64,000 nucleotides of DNA from Bacteroidaceae bacterium (GTDB lineage Bacteria > Bacteroidota > Bacteroidia > Bacteroidales > UBA932): positions 10,902 to 74,901 of the forward strand of contig CAVLDO010000004.1 in the NCBI GenBank assembly GCA_963662035.1, read 5' to 3'. Below, one piece after another: positions 25,968 to 34,938 of the stretch. Positions within the stretch are counted from its first letter, which is position 1; the number at the start of each line of letters is the position of its first letter. The notes beneath the pieces are model-generated. The model ran no database searches. It saw only the letters and a program-made list of their open reading frames with translations, and was not told the DNA's origin. The position numbers and the translations under genes were made by a program.

Positions 25968-26537
25968 ATGTCATACCTTGAAATTTTTCTGATTGCGCTG
26001 GGTCTGTGTGCGGACACCCTTGCTGTATCTATGGCCTACAGCGCCACACGCGGCCGCGTCCCCTTTGCGGCCCACCTGAAAATAGACTCTGTTATGGGTT
26101 TTGTGCAGGCTGCCTTCGCCGCTGCAGGGTATCTGCTGGGATACGCCTTCCTGGATCTTATAACAACCTTCGACCACTGGATCGCCCTGGGCCTGCTGCT
26201 GTTTATCGGAGGAAAAATGATTGTGGAGGAGCTGCACGGCGATGCCCAAGAGAGCCATACCGACCTTATGAAGCCCTCGATGCTGCTGCTCACGGCGGTG
26301 GCCACCAGCATCGACGCCCTTGCGGTGGGCATCTCGTTTGCGATGATGAATCTTTCCGAGGCAAAGCTTATAGCGGCTGCGGCGATGGTGTTCGGCTGTA
26401 CCGCCGCAGTCTCTGCAATCGGCCTGGCAGGCGGCGGAGCCTTCAAGAAGGTGCTCGGCAACAAGGCGGGCATTGCCGCCGGCATAATCCTGATAGCTAT
26501 CGGAATCAAGATATTTCTGGAGCACGTTGTTTTTTAG
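25968..26537 (+). CDS. mntP: Manganese efflux pump MntP family
   Basis: 189 aa, 6 TM, two repeats with ADT/DAL motifs (LGLCADTLAVSMA; TSIDALAVGISFA). Starts directly after the recR stop. Confidence 0.8.
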   Translation: MSYLEIFLIALGLCADTLAVSMAYSATRGRVPFAAHLKIDSVMGFVQAAFAAAGYLLGYAFLDLITTFDHWIALGLLLFIGGKMIVEELHGDAQESHTDLMKPSMLLLTAVATSIDALAVGISFAMMNLSEAKLIAAAAMVFGCTAAVSAIGLAGGGAFKKVLGNKAGIAAGIILIAIGIKIFLEHVVF

Positions 26538-26547
26538 AAAAAATACT

Positions 26548-26555
26548 TACATTTG
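26548..26555 (+). promoter_or_regulatory. -7 promoter box TACATTTG for corA, giving a leader of roughly 125 nt
   Basis: Exact TAnnTTTG match. It lies inside the left arm of an interrupted inverted repeat ACTTACATTTG...CAAATCGTAAGT (26545-26578). Confidence 0.45.
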
Positions 26556-26686
26556 CGAGGATTTAACAAATCGTAAGTGATTTCCGTTCTCAACATAAAA
26601 TTCGTTAAGACGACTCCCCGAGCCCGTGTGCTGATACCTGCCCGCTAGACAAGCCCAGTTATCAACCACTAAAGCCCGGAAGAGTA

Positions 26687-27637
26687 ATGATCGAAATTTT
26701 TTACAGGAACGACGAATCTAAATTCACATCCACAGACAAGATAGACCTGCTGGCCACGCTTGATCGCGAGCGCGTGCTCTGGCTTGATCTGTTCGATCCC
26801 GAGGGGGAGGAGAAGCGGGCAGTGGAAAACTACCTGCACACCACCCTCCAGAGCCGCGCACAGGCAGAGGAGATCGAGAGTTCTTCCCGCTACAGCGAAG
26901 ATAACGCCTCCATCTTCATCAACACCAACTTCCTGATTCCCGGGCCGGAGAACTACTCCATGGAGTCGGTCTCTTTCATCTTGTGCGGAATGACCATAGT
27001 GTCGGTGCGTCAGGCGGCCCTGCGCAGCTTTACCGACATCCAGCGGCGCATCACCGCCGGCATCCGCTACTATCCCACGGGATTCCACGTTCTGGTGGGC
27101 ATCCTGGACAACCGCATCGATATGGATGCCGATATGATAGAGCTGATGAGCAAGGAAGTGGAGCAGTACAGCCGTCACGTCAGCTTGGGAGAGAACGTGA
27201 ACGAGGACTTTCTGATAGACATAAACCAGCTGCAGGAAAACACGATGATGGTGCGCGAGAACATTGTGGACAAGCAGCGTATGATATCCAGCGTGCTCAA
27301 GAGCGAGAAGACCCCCGACGAAATCAACGGCCGTCTCTCGGGCCTTCTGAAGGACATCTCCTCCCTGATAAACCACACCAACTTCATATTCGAGCGTCTG
27401 GAGTATCTGCAGAACACTGTGATAGGTCTCATCAACCTTGATCAGAACAAGATAATGAAGGTCTTCACCCTGGTGAGCCTGCTGCTGATGCCCCCCACGT
27501 TGGTGGCCAGCATATACGGAATGAACGTGCAGCTGCCCCTGATAGGCGGCATCGCCGACTTTCTGATGATAATGCTGGTGATGCTGCTGCTGGTGGGAGT
27601 CGTGCTGGTGTTTTTCCGCCGCCGCAAAATGCTCTAA
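26687..27637 (+). CDS. corA: Magnesium/cobalt transporter CorA
   Basis: 316 aa, cytoplasmic domain plus two C-terminal TMs, with the signature IYGMNV before the last TM. Confidence 0.9.
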   Translation: MIEIFYRNDESKFTSTDKIDLLATLDRERVLWLDLFDPEGEEKRAVENYLHTTLQSRAQAEEIESSSRYSEDNASIFINTNFLIPGPENYSMESVSFILCGMTIVSVRQAALRSFTDIQRRITAGIRYYPTGFHVLVGILDNRIDMDADMIELMSKEVEQYSRHVSLGENVNEDFLIDINQLQENTMMVRENIVDKQRMISSVLKSEKTPDEINGRLSGLLKDISSLINHTNFIFERLEYLQNTVIGLINLDQNKIMKVFTLVSLLLMPPTLVASIYGMNVQLPLIGGIADFLMIMLVMLLLVGVVLVFFRRRKML

Positions 27638-27673
27638 CTTGCTCTGGGCGTTTGTATTTCGCTTTTTTTTGAC

Positions 27674-27681
27674 TATCTTTG
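27674..27681 (+). promoter_or_regulatory. -7 promoter box TATCTTTG for rpsA
   Basis: Exact TAnnTTTG. Followed by a perfect 7-bp hairpin CCCCTTG-GCTT-CAAGGGG (27686-27703) in the predicted leader. Confidence 0.5.
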
Positions 27682-27749
27682 CGCTCCCCTTGGCTTCAAG
27701 GGGTCTATAAATAATGTCCAATTACTTATAAAACAACAAGTTAATTAAA

Positions 27750-29603
27750 ATGGAAAAAGAACAAAATCTCGAGCAGGAAGCACTGCGCGCAGAGGCCGCT
27801 CCCGTAGAGGAGAAGAAGGCGCCTGCGGCAAGCAACGCTTCTGCAAACAACGACACCTTCGACTGGGAGGCGTTCGAGACCGACAATGCCGGCAAGTATG
27901 ACGTGAACGCCACCAAAGAGGCTTACGAGAACTCCCTCTCCCACATCGCCGACGGCGAGGTCATCGAGGGCACCGTAGTGGCCAAGAACAAACGCGAAGT
28001 CGTTGTGAACATCGGCTACAAGAGCGAGGCCGTCATCAACGCCGCCGAATTCAAATACTGCGAGGATACCCTCCAGATAGGCGACAAGGTTGAGGTGTTC
28101 GTGGAGAACACCGAGGACAAGAAGGGCCAGCTGGTCCTCTCTCACAAACGTGCACGTTCGCTGCGCTCCTGGGACCGCGTGAACGAGGCGTTCGAGAAGG
28201 ACGAAATCGTAAAAGGCTACGTGAAGTGCCGCACCAAGGGCGGTATGATCGTGGATGTCTTCGGCATCGAGGCCTTCCTGCCGGGATCACAGATAGAAGT
28301 AAAGCCCATCAGGGATTACGATGCATACGTAAACAAGACTCTCGACCTGAAGATTGTGAAGATCAACAGCGACTTCCGCAATGTTGTGGTTTCCCACAAG
28401 GCTCTCGAAGAGGCTATGCTCGAGGCACAGAAGGCCGAGCTCATCGCCAAGCTTGAGAAAGGCCAGGTTGTCGAGGGCGTTGTCAAGAACATCACCTCCT
28501 ACGGCGTATTCGTTGATCTGGGCGGCGTGGACGGTCTGGTTCACATCACCGACCTCAGCTGGGGCCGCGTAAACCACCCCGAAGAGGTTGTCAAGCTCGA
28601 CGAGAAGATCAAGGTCGTCATTCTCGACTTCGACGAGGTCAAGAAGCGCATCGCTCTCGGCATCAAGCAGCTCTACCCGCACCCTTGGGATGCGCTTGAT
28701 CCCAACCTCAAGGTAGGCGACAAGGTCAAGGGTAAAGTTGTTGTCATCGCAGACTACGGCGCATTCGTGGAGATCCAGCCCGGCGTCGAGGGTCTGATCC
28801 ACGTGAGCGAGATGAGCTGGAGCCTGCACCTGCGTTCTGCACAGGACTTCTTCAAGGTTGGCGACGAGGTCGAGGCTGTAGTCCTCTCCCTGGACCGCGA
28901 AGAGCGCAAGATCTCCCTGGGCGTAAAACAGCTCAAAGAGGATCCCTGGCAGTCTATCGCAGAGAAATATCCCATAGGCAGCAAGCACACCGCAACTGTG
29001 CGCAACATCACCAACTTCGGTGTGTTCGTAGAGCTTGACGAGGGCGTCGAGGGTCTGATCCACATCAGCGACCTTAGCTGGACCAAGAAGATCAAACACC
29101 CCAGCGAGGTTGTGAACGTGGGCGACAGCATCGAGGTTGTAGTGCTTGACATCGAGCCCAACATCCGCCGCCTCAGCCTCGGCCACAAGCAGCTTGAGCC
29201 CAGCCCCTGGGAGGAGTACGAGTCAATCTACACCCCCGGCTCCGTTCACGACGGCAAGGTTGTATCCGCATCCGAGAAGGGCGCGACCGTCGCTCTTGAC
29301 AACGGCATCGAGGGCTTCGTGGTATCCAAGGGTATGGTAAAAGAGGACGGCTCCACCATCAAGGAGGGCGAGACTCTTCCCTTCAAGGTGCTTGAGTTCA
29401 ACAAGAACTCCCGCAAGCTCATACTTTCCCACACCCGCACTTTCGAGAAGGCAAAGAAGGATGAGCTCAACCTCAAGAACAGCGACGAGATGTCCACTTC
29501 CAAGGTTATGAAGCAGAACAATGCCGCCAACGAGGTCACCACATTCGGCGACATCAGCGACCTGGCTGCTCTGCGCGAGTCTATGGAAGCCGAGCAGAAG
29601 TAA
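27750..29603 (+). CDS. rpsA: 30S ribosomal protein S1
   Basis: 617 aa, six S1 (OB) repeats with recurring G.V....GAFV.L..G.EGL.H.SE(L/M)SW motifs. Acidic N-terminal extension typical of Bacteroidota. Confidence 0.95.
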   Translation: MEKEQNLEQEALRAEAAPVEEKKAPAASNASANNDTFDWEAFETDNAGKYDVNATKEAYENSLSHIADGEVIEGTVVAKNKREVVVNIGYKSEAVINAAEFKYCEDTLQIGDKVEVFVENTEDKKGQLVLSHKRARSLRSWDRVNEAFEKDEIVKGYVKCRTKGGMIVDVFGIEAFLPGSQIEVKPIRDYDAYVNKTLDLKIVKINSDFRNVVVSHKALEEAMLEAQKAELIAKLEKGQVVEGVVKNITSYGVFVDLGGVDGLVHITDLSWGRVNHPEEVVKLDEKIKVVILDFDEVKKRIALGIKQLYPHPWDALDPNLKVGDKVKGKVVVIADYGAFVEIQPGVEGLIHVSEMSWSLHLRSAQDFFKVGDEVEAVVLSLDREERKISLGVKQLKEDPWQSIAEKYPIGSKHTATVRNITNFGVFVELDEGVEGLIHISDLSWTKKIKHPSEVVNVGDSIEVVVLDIEPNIRRLSLGHKQLEPSPWEEYESIYTPGSVHDGKVVSASEKGATVALDNGIEGFVVSKGMVKEDGSTIKEGETLPFKVLEFNKNSRKLILSHTRTFEKAKKDELNLKNSDEMSTSKVMKQNNAANEVTTFGDISDLAALRESMEAEQK

Positions 29604-29626
29604 CATAAGTTCTCTCATATAAAAAG

Positions 29627-29657
29627 CGGGACACCCATCCGGGCGTCCCGTTTTTTT
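29627..29657 (+). terminator. Rho-independent terminator after rpsA
   Basis: Stem CGGGACACCC/GGGCGTCCCG (one A.C mismatch), loop ATCC, T7 run 29651-29657. Confidence 0.75.
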
Positions 29658-29658
29658 A

Positions 29659-29666
29659 TATCTTTG
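29659..29666 (+). promoter_or_regulatory. -7 promoter box TATCTTTG for rnz (near-leaderless)
   Basis: Exact TAnnTTTG. Its G is 8 nt upstream of ATG 29674. Confidence 0.45.
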
Positions 29667-29673
29667 GCTCAAT

Positions 29674-30600
29674 ATGGATTTCTCGCTCACGATACTCGGC
29701 ACCGCCAGCGCCAGCGCCACCCCCCTGCGCCACACCAGCTGCCATCTGGTGCGCGTGCACAACCACCGCTTTCTGGTAGATTGCGGAGAAGGGTGCCAGA
29801 CGCGTCTGCTGCAGTGCGGAGCAAGTTTCAGCGGCATAGACAACATATTCCTGTCACACCTGCACGGGGACCATATCTTCGGAATATTCGGGCTGCTCTC
29901 CACTATGGCGATGCAGGGGCGCACGGCTCCGCTGTATATCTACGCCCCGGAGGGCTTCGCCGTGATTCTGGATTTCTTCAATGCTAATTTTGCCGACGGC
30001 GTAAAATATGAGATAGTGTTCACCCCCTTGAGGATGCGCACCAAAGAGAAAATTCTGGACAAGCGGCAGATGGAGGTGTATGCCTTTCCTCTGCAGCACC
30101 GGGTTAGCGCTTTTGGCTTTCTCTTTCAGGAGAAGATGCCGCTGCGCAACATCCGCAAGGAGCTGATTGGCCCCTCGGGCCTCACGCTCACAGAAATTGG
30201 GTGTCTCAAGCGTGGCGAGGACGTGCTTCGCGAGGGGGGCGCCGTGCTCCGGGCGGAGGATTTTACATACCTTCCGTATATCCCGAGAAAGATTGCCTAC
30301 TGCTGCGACACGGCTCCTTTTCCCGCTCTGAGCGGCTATGTGCAGGGGGCTGACCTCATCTACCACGACTCCACCTACAGCGACGAGATGGCCTCCCAGG
30401 CGCTCAAGTATTACCACTCCACCTCCCGGATGGCGGCTCGCACCGCCCTGGATGCCGGTGCCGGGCGGCTGCTGCTGGGACACTTCTCTTCCCGCTACAG
30501 GGATTTGGGAGAGATGCTCTCCCAGGCCCGCGAGGTGTTTCCCGAGACTTTTCTGGCGGAGGAGTTCAAGACCTACAAAGTGCCGCTGAGGCGTTCTTGA
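29674..30600 (+). CDS. rnz: Ribonuclease Z (tRNA 3-prime endonuclease, metallo-beta-lactamase fold)
   Basis: LGT.SA.P...R..S...V......FL.DCGEG motif, HLHGDH zinc motif, C-terminal LLLGHFSSRY. Confidence 0.9.
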   Translation: MDFSLTILGTASASATPLRHTSCHLVRVHNHRFLVDCGEGCQTRLLQCGASFSGIDNIFLSHLHGDHIFGIFGLLSTMAMQGRTAPLYIYAPEGFAVILDFFNANFADGVKYEIVFTPLRMRTKEKILDKRQMEVYAFPLQHRVSAFGFLFQEKMPLRNIRKELIGPSGLTLTEIGCLKRGEDVLREGGAVLRAEDFTYLPYIPRKIAYCCDTAPFPALSGYVQGADLIYHDSTYSDEMASQALKYYHSTSRMAARTALDAGAGRLLLGHFSSRYRDLGEMLSQAREVFPETFLAEEFKTYKVPLRRS

Positions 30601-31655
30601 TTCTGTCCGGCCTTCCGGCGGGCATCCAGCGCGCGGTGGAAGCGGCGCGCGTTGTTCATATGTTCCGACAGGCTTGAGGCAAAATTGTGCCGCCCGTTAA
30701 AGCTCTCGTCGGCGCAGAAATAGAGATAATTGTGGTGCTGATAGTTGAGCGTGGCATCTATGGCGCATTTGGCCGGGACGCAGATAGGCCCTGGCGGCAG
30801 CCCGGCGTGCCTGTAGGTGTTGTAGGGGGAGTCCACCTGCAGGTGTACCCCAAGGATGCGCCGCAGAGAAGGGTCGTTCACCGCATATTTCACCGTGGGG
30901 TCGGCCTGCAGCGGCATCCCGCGCTTGAGGCGGTTGATGTAGACTCCGGCGATGGTCGGCATCTCGGGCTCGTATTTTGTCTCTTCTATCACTATCGAGG
31001 CCAGGGTCATAACATCGCTGCGGCTCATACCGGCGGCGGCGGCCTTGGCGGTGCGGCTCTCGTTCCAGAACGCCTCATATTCCTTCCAAAAGCGGTCCAG
31101 CAGCTGCAGCGGGGTGATGGTCCAGTAAACTTCGTAGGTGTCAGGAATGAACATCCCGATATATGTGGCGCTGTCAAATCCGTGCGCCTCCATCATCTGA
31201 CGATCGCCGAGCGCCTCCAAGATCTCCTCCCTGCTGACCTCCAACTGTTTTGCGAGGGCGGTGGAGAGGGCCTCCAGGTCGCGCAGCCCCGGCCTGACAA
31301 GCAGCCTTACCGGGGTCTGCCAGCCGTGAGAGAAGATGCGCACTATCTGCTTGTTGTTCAATCCTCCCTGCAGCTCGTAGTGGCCCGGCTTGAAACTGTG
31401 CTCCAGATCCATCCGTGCGGCTGCCCTGCGCAGTGACTGCATATCGGCCACGGCGCCGCTCGCGCTCAGCGAATCCAGCAGCCCGGCATAGTCTGTGGCG
31501 CGGTAGATGTTCACCGCTGCGCGCTGCGATATGCTGTTGCTCTTGAGAAAGGTGGTGTAATAATAGATGCCGAATGCGGCGCAGGCCACAAATCCCAATG
31601 ACAGAGCTGCCGCAACGGCGCGCAGCAGCCGGCTCCTCTTCTTACTTTTTTTCAT
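30573..31655 (-). CDS. mltG: Endolytic murein transglycosylase MltG (YceG-like)
   Basis: N-terminal TM, YceG motifs ASIVIEETKY, GVYINRLKRGMPLQADPTV, SPYNTY...GLPPGPI. 28-nt convergent overlap with rnz. Confidence 0.85.
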   Translation of the reverse strand: MKKSKKRSRLLRAVAAALSLGFVACAAFGIYYYTTFLKSNSISQRAAVNIYRATDYAGLLDSLSASGAVADMQSLRRAAARMDLEHSFKPGHYELQGGLNNKQIVRIFSHGWQTPVRLLVRPGLRDLEALSTALAKQLEVSREEILEALGDRQMMEAHGFDSATYIGMFIPDTYEVYWTITPLQLLDRFWKEYEAFWNESRTAKAAAAGMSRSDVMTLASIVIEETKYEPEMPTIAGVYINRLKRGMPLQADPTVKYAVNDPSLRRILGVHLQVDSPYNTYRHAGLPPGPICVPAKCAIDATLNYQHHNYLYFCADESFNGRHNFASSLSEHMNNARRFHRALDARRKAGQNQERLSGTL

Positions 31656-32640
31656 TTTTCACTTTGCAAAGGTTGATGATGCTGCCCGGTTCCGGCTCGC
31701 TGCCCTTACTGAGGCCGTTGAACTTGTAGAGATTCTTGAGACGGACTGCGAACCGCTGCGAAATCTGCTTCATCGTCTCCCCCTCCTGCACCACGTGCCG
31801 GGCCAGGTCGCGGGTGCTCTGCTGGCGCTTTGCCTGCAGATACACTATGGTTCCGGCCTCTATGGTGCGGTCCTTTTTCTCGTCGTTGAAGCGCAGCAGC
31901 TCCCATCTGAACAGATTGAATTGCCGCGCCAGGGCGGCGTAGGTCTCGGTGCCGTTGGCGATGATGTAGATGAGTCCGTACTTCTCGTATAGGGTGTATT
32001 CTATGGTGACGGTTCCCAGACTGCGGGGCCTGAAGTGCAGCGGGGCCTCGGATACCTCGCGCGAGCGCTCGAGTGTGGCGGGGGAGGGGGGAGGTGCCGC
32101 GCCGCGCTCTGCGGCCCGGGAGCTGATATGGTCGTACTCGTAGAGCCCGTAATCCTCTATTATCTTTATGAGCTTCTCCGCGTAGGCGGGGTCGGTGGCG
32201 TAGCCGGCCTTCTTGAGGCCGCGGGCCCACCCCTTATAGTCGGTTGTCTCCAGCTCGAACAGGGATGAGTAGCGGTCGTTGTAGCGCAGAAAGTCGGAAT
32301 GGTCGCTGAACGACTGCGCCGCATCGTCGTAGCTGCGGAAGCACTCGTCTTTGAGATCGTCATCGTGCAGATAGCGGGCTCCTTTCCAGCCTCGGCACTT
32401 GATGCCGAAGTGGTTGTTGGCCGCAGTGGCCAGCGTCGATGTCCCGTTTGCCGACTCCAGGCAGGCCTGCGCCAGAGTGATGCTGGCAGGCACCCCGGAG
32501 GCGGTCATCTCCTTTACCGCCGTGGCGCTCCACTGGCAGATGTAGCGCCGGCGCGCATCATCGCCCCCGGCTGCCCCCGTCAGGAGCAGCGCTGCCAGCA
32601 GCAGTGCGGGAATCCGCAGCGGAAGTTTCACGCTTTTCAT
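31642..32640 (-). CDS. Mannosyl-glycoprotein endo-beta-N-acetylglucosaminidase domain protein with two LysM domains
   Basis: Signal peptide. ITLAQACLESANGTS...NNHFGIKC glucosaminidase motif. Two LysM-like repeats near the C-terminus (HVVQEGETMKQISQRFAVRLKNLYKFNGL). Confidence 0.8.
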   Translation of the reverse strand: MKSVKLPLRIPALLLAALLLTGAAGGDDARRRYICQWSATAVKEMTASGVPASITLAQACLESANGTSTLATAANNHFGIKCRGWKGARYLHDDDLKDECFRSYDDAAQSFSDHSDFLRYNDRYSSLFELETTDYKGWARGLKKAGYATDPAYAEKLIKIIEDYGLYEYDHISSRAAERGAAPPPSPATLERSREVSEAPLHFRPRSLGTVTIEYTLYEKYGLIYIIANGTETYAALARQFNLFRWELLRFNDEKKDRTIEAGTIVYLQAKRQQSTRDLARHVVQEGETMKQISQRFAVRLKNLYKFNGLSKGSEPEPGSIINLCKVKNEKK

Positions 32641-32650
32641 AATCGGAGTG

Positions 32651-33253
32651 TTACAGATAGTCGGCGGCCTGGGGCCCTTCGCAGAAGAGAAGATCCAGCG
32701 CAGAGAGCCCCGGCAGAAAGCCGTGCCTGCCGCAGAAGGGCTGATAGTACTCCTTCTTGGGCGTTGCGGGGGCCTTTTTGGGGTAGATGGCGCTGCGCAG
32801 ATCGGTGGCAGCGGCGGGCGTCTTTTCGTAATCGGTGGTGAAAGAAAATTGCAGCGGCAGCATCAGCAGCTCAAGCAGCTTTTCCGTCGCCTCGCAGTTG
32901 AGGTCAAAGAGAAAGGTGTGCCGTTTTTCCAGTATGGCCTCTATCTCGTCCTTGTAATACGTGTAGTAGGGCGACGGGCCGTAGGCGGTTGACAGGGCGC
33001 GCCGATGCAGGTGGATCCAGTTTTTGCTGTAGTCGATTCTGATGTCGCGGATCAGGCGGCTTCCCTTGTGCAGCACTGGCACCAGAAGGGTCTGGGGGCC
33101 GTCGGGCGAGTAAATCACGCAACGGTTGCGGTAGCTCTGCTTCTGGAAGGTCTCGCAAGCCTCGATATGCACGGATTTCGCCCCGGCTATTGCACCGAAG
33201 TAGTGCACCGGGGCGAAATAGGCTGTGGTCAGCAGTATGCCGCTACTCTCCAC
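32651..33253 (-). CDS. WbqC-like family protein
   Basis: GTG start overlapping the lpxA stop by 11 nt. ILLTTAYFAPVHYFGAI...ETFQKQSYRNRCVIYSPDGPQTLLVPV matches the WbqC family pattern (QP.Y.P...YF......E.F.KQS.RNR). Confidence 0.7.
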   Translation of the reverse strand: MESSGILLTTAYFAPVHYFGAIAGAKSVHIEACETFQKQSYRNRCVIYSPDGPQTLLVPVLHKGSRLIRDIRIDYSKNWIHLHRRALSTAYGPSPYYTYYKDEIEAILEKRHTFLFDLNCEATEKLLELLMLPLQFSFTTDYEKTPAAATDLRSAIYPKKAPATPKKEYYQPFCGRHGFLPGLSALDLLFCEGPQAADYL

Positions 33254-34034
33254 GGCGGCAGCAGATGCCGCGCTTCGAGGCGCGTATGAAATCGCAGATT
33301 TCCTTTGCGAACCGTCCGTCGGGGTATCTCTCCTCCACTATCGCAAGGGCGTTGGAGACATTGTTGTTCTCTTCGTAGATGATTTTGTAAACCCCTTTGA
33401 TCTCCTCTATGTCGGCGTTGCTGAAGCCTCTGCGGCGCAGGCCCACGATATTGATTCCCTCGTAAACGTTGGGACGGCCCGCACAGAGAATGTAAGGGGG
33501 GATGTCCTTGTTGGCGGCGCTGGCCCCGCCCAACATGGCGTGGGCTCCGATGTGGGTGAATTGGTGCACCATTGTGCCGCCGCCCACGATGGCCCAATCG
33601 TCGATGTCGGTCTCGCCCGCCAGACCCACGTGGCTCACGATTATGCAATGGTTGCCGATGCGGCAGTCGTGCGCAACGTGCGCGTAGGACATTATAAGGC
33701 AGTCATCTCCTATTTTGGTGAGGCGTTTGCCGCTGGCGGCCGTGCCCCGGTTCACCGTGGCGCATTCGCGGATTGTGGTGCGCTCCCCGATCTCGACCCA
33801 GGAGACCTCGCCGTCGAATTTGAGATCCTGGGGCACGGCGCCGACCACGGCTCCGGGGAATACCTGGCAATCCCTGCCCAACTTAACATATTCGTAGATG
33901 ACGGCGTGCGAGCGGATATGGCATCCGTCGGCTATTTCGACATTGTCTGCGATGTAGCAGAAAGGTTCAATCACCACATTCTTGCCGATTTTGGCATTAG
34001 GGTGGATGTAGGATAAATTGTCAGTCTGCATCAA
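33243..34034 (-). CDS. lpxA: Acyl-ACP--UDP-N-acetylglucosamine O-acyltransferase
   Basis: 263 aa left-handed beta-helix hexapeptide repeats (IHPNAKIGKNVVIEPFCYIADNVEIADGCHI) plus the C-terminal helical domain of LpxA. Sits in the lpxD-lpxC-lpxA order. Confidence 0.9.
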   Translation of the reverse strand: MMQTDNLSYIHPNAKIGKNVVIEPFCYIADNVEIADGCHIRSHAVIYEYVKLGRDCQVFPGAVVGAVPQDLKFDGEVSWVEIGERTTIRECATVNRGTAASGKRLTKIGDDCLIMSYAHVAHDCRIGNHCIIVSHVGLAGETDIDDWAIVGGGTMVHQFTHIGAHAMLGGASAANKDIPPYILCAGRPNVYEGINIVGLRRRGFSNADIEEIKGVYKIIYEENNNVSNALAIVEERYPDGRFAKEICDFIRASKRGICCRRGE

Positions 34035-34938
34035 TTGTATAGAGTAAATTAGATTCCAGTAACATTTTGCACACGGCCGTGTTCACGCGGTGGCCCGTCT
34101 TGCTTGCAATTATTGTGCCCTTGAGCGGCGCCCCCAAAAGCGCGAAGTCGCCTATCATATCCAGCATCTTGTGGCGGACGATTTCGTCGGGGAAGTGCAG
34201 CTGCAGGTTGCTCAGGTATCCCTCCTTGACCTGTAGATTCTCCAGAGAGAAGAATGACTTGAGGCTCTGCAGGGTCGCCTCGTCGGGCAAATTCTCCACA
34301 ATCACTATGGCGTTGTCCATATCCCCGCCTTTGATGAGCCCCCGTGAGAGGAGAAACTGCAGCTCGTGCAGAAAGCAGAAGGTGCGGCAGGGGGCGATTT
34401 GCGCGGCATAGTCCACGCCGGCGTTATATGTAAAGCTCTGCAGCCCCAGCACTTTGGAATTGAAGTCGATGGACAGGCGCATTGTGCTCTCGTCAGATGG
34501 GAGAATCTCGATTGAGGCCCCGTCCTTTTCGCTGTAGCGGAATGGCTCCTTCAGGGCCAGATACTTGCGCTGGCCGCTCTGGGCCTCGAGGCCGTCGGCG
34601 GTGACGGCCTGCACATACGGCAGGGCGCTGCCGTCCAGAATGGGGACTTCCGCTGCGGACAGCTCCACCAGCATATTGTCCACGCCCAGACCGGCGGCGG
34701 CGCTCATCAGGTGCTCTATGGTGATTACAGTGGCATCGTTTTCAGTGAGGGCGGTGCTGCGGGAGGTGTCACCCACGTTTGAGGCCAGGGCGCGCACCGA
34801 TGCGCCGGGCCCGAGGTCGGTGCGGACAAACCTGATACCGCTGCCCGCTTCGGCGGGGCGGATGGTCATCGTTACCGGAGCTCCGGTGTGGAGCCCCTTG
34901 CCGGTGAAGGTGTATGATTTTTTAAGTGTATGTTGCAT
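34021..34938 (-). CDS. lpxC: UDP-3-O-acyl-N-acetylglucosamine deacetylase, monofunctional (no FabZ fusion)
   Basis: 305 aa. TFTGKGLHTG, TIEHLMSA, HKMLDMIGD motifs. The ORF stops at 34021, overlapping the lpxA start, and no hot-dog FabZ domain follows. Confidence 0.9.
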   Translation of the reverse strand: MQHTLKKSYTFTGKGLHTGAPVTMTIRPAEAGSGIRFVRTDLGPGASVRALASNVGDTSRSTALTENDATVITIEHLMSAAAGLGVDNMLVELSAAEVPILDGSALPYVQAVTADGLEAQSGQRKYLALKEPFRYSEKDGASIEILPSDESTMRLSIDFNSKVLGLQSFTYNAGVDYAAQIAPCRTFCFLHELQFLLSRGLIKGGDMDNAIVIVENLPDEATLQSLKSFFSLENLQVKEGYLSNLQLHFPDEIVRHKMLDMIGDFALLGAPLKGTIIASKTGHRVNTAVCKMLLESNLLYTIDAD

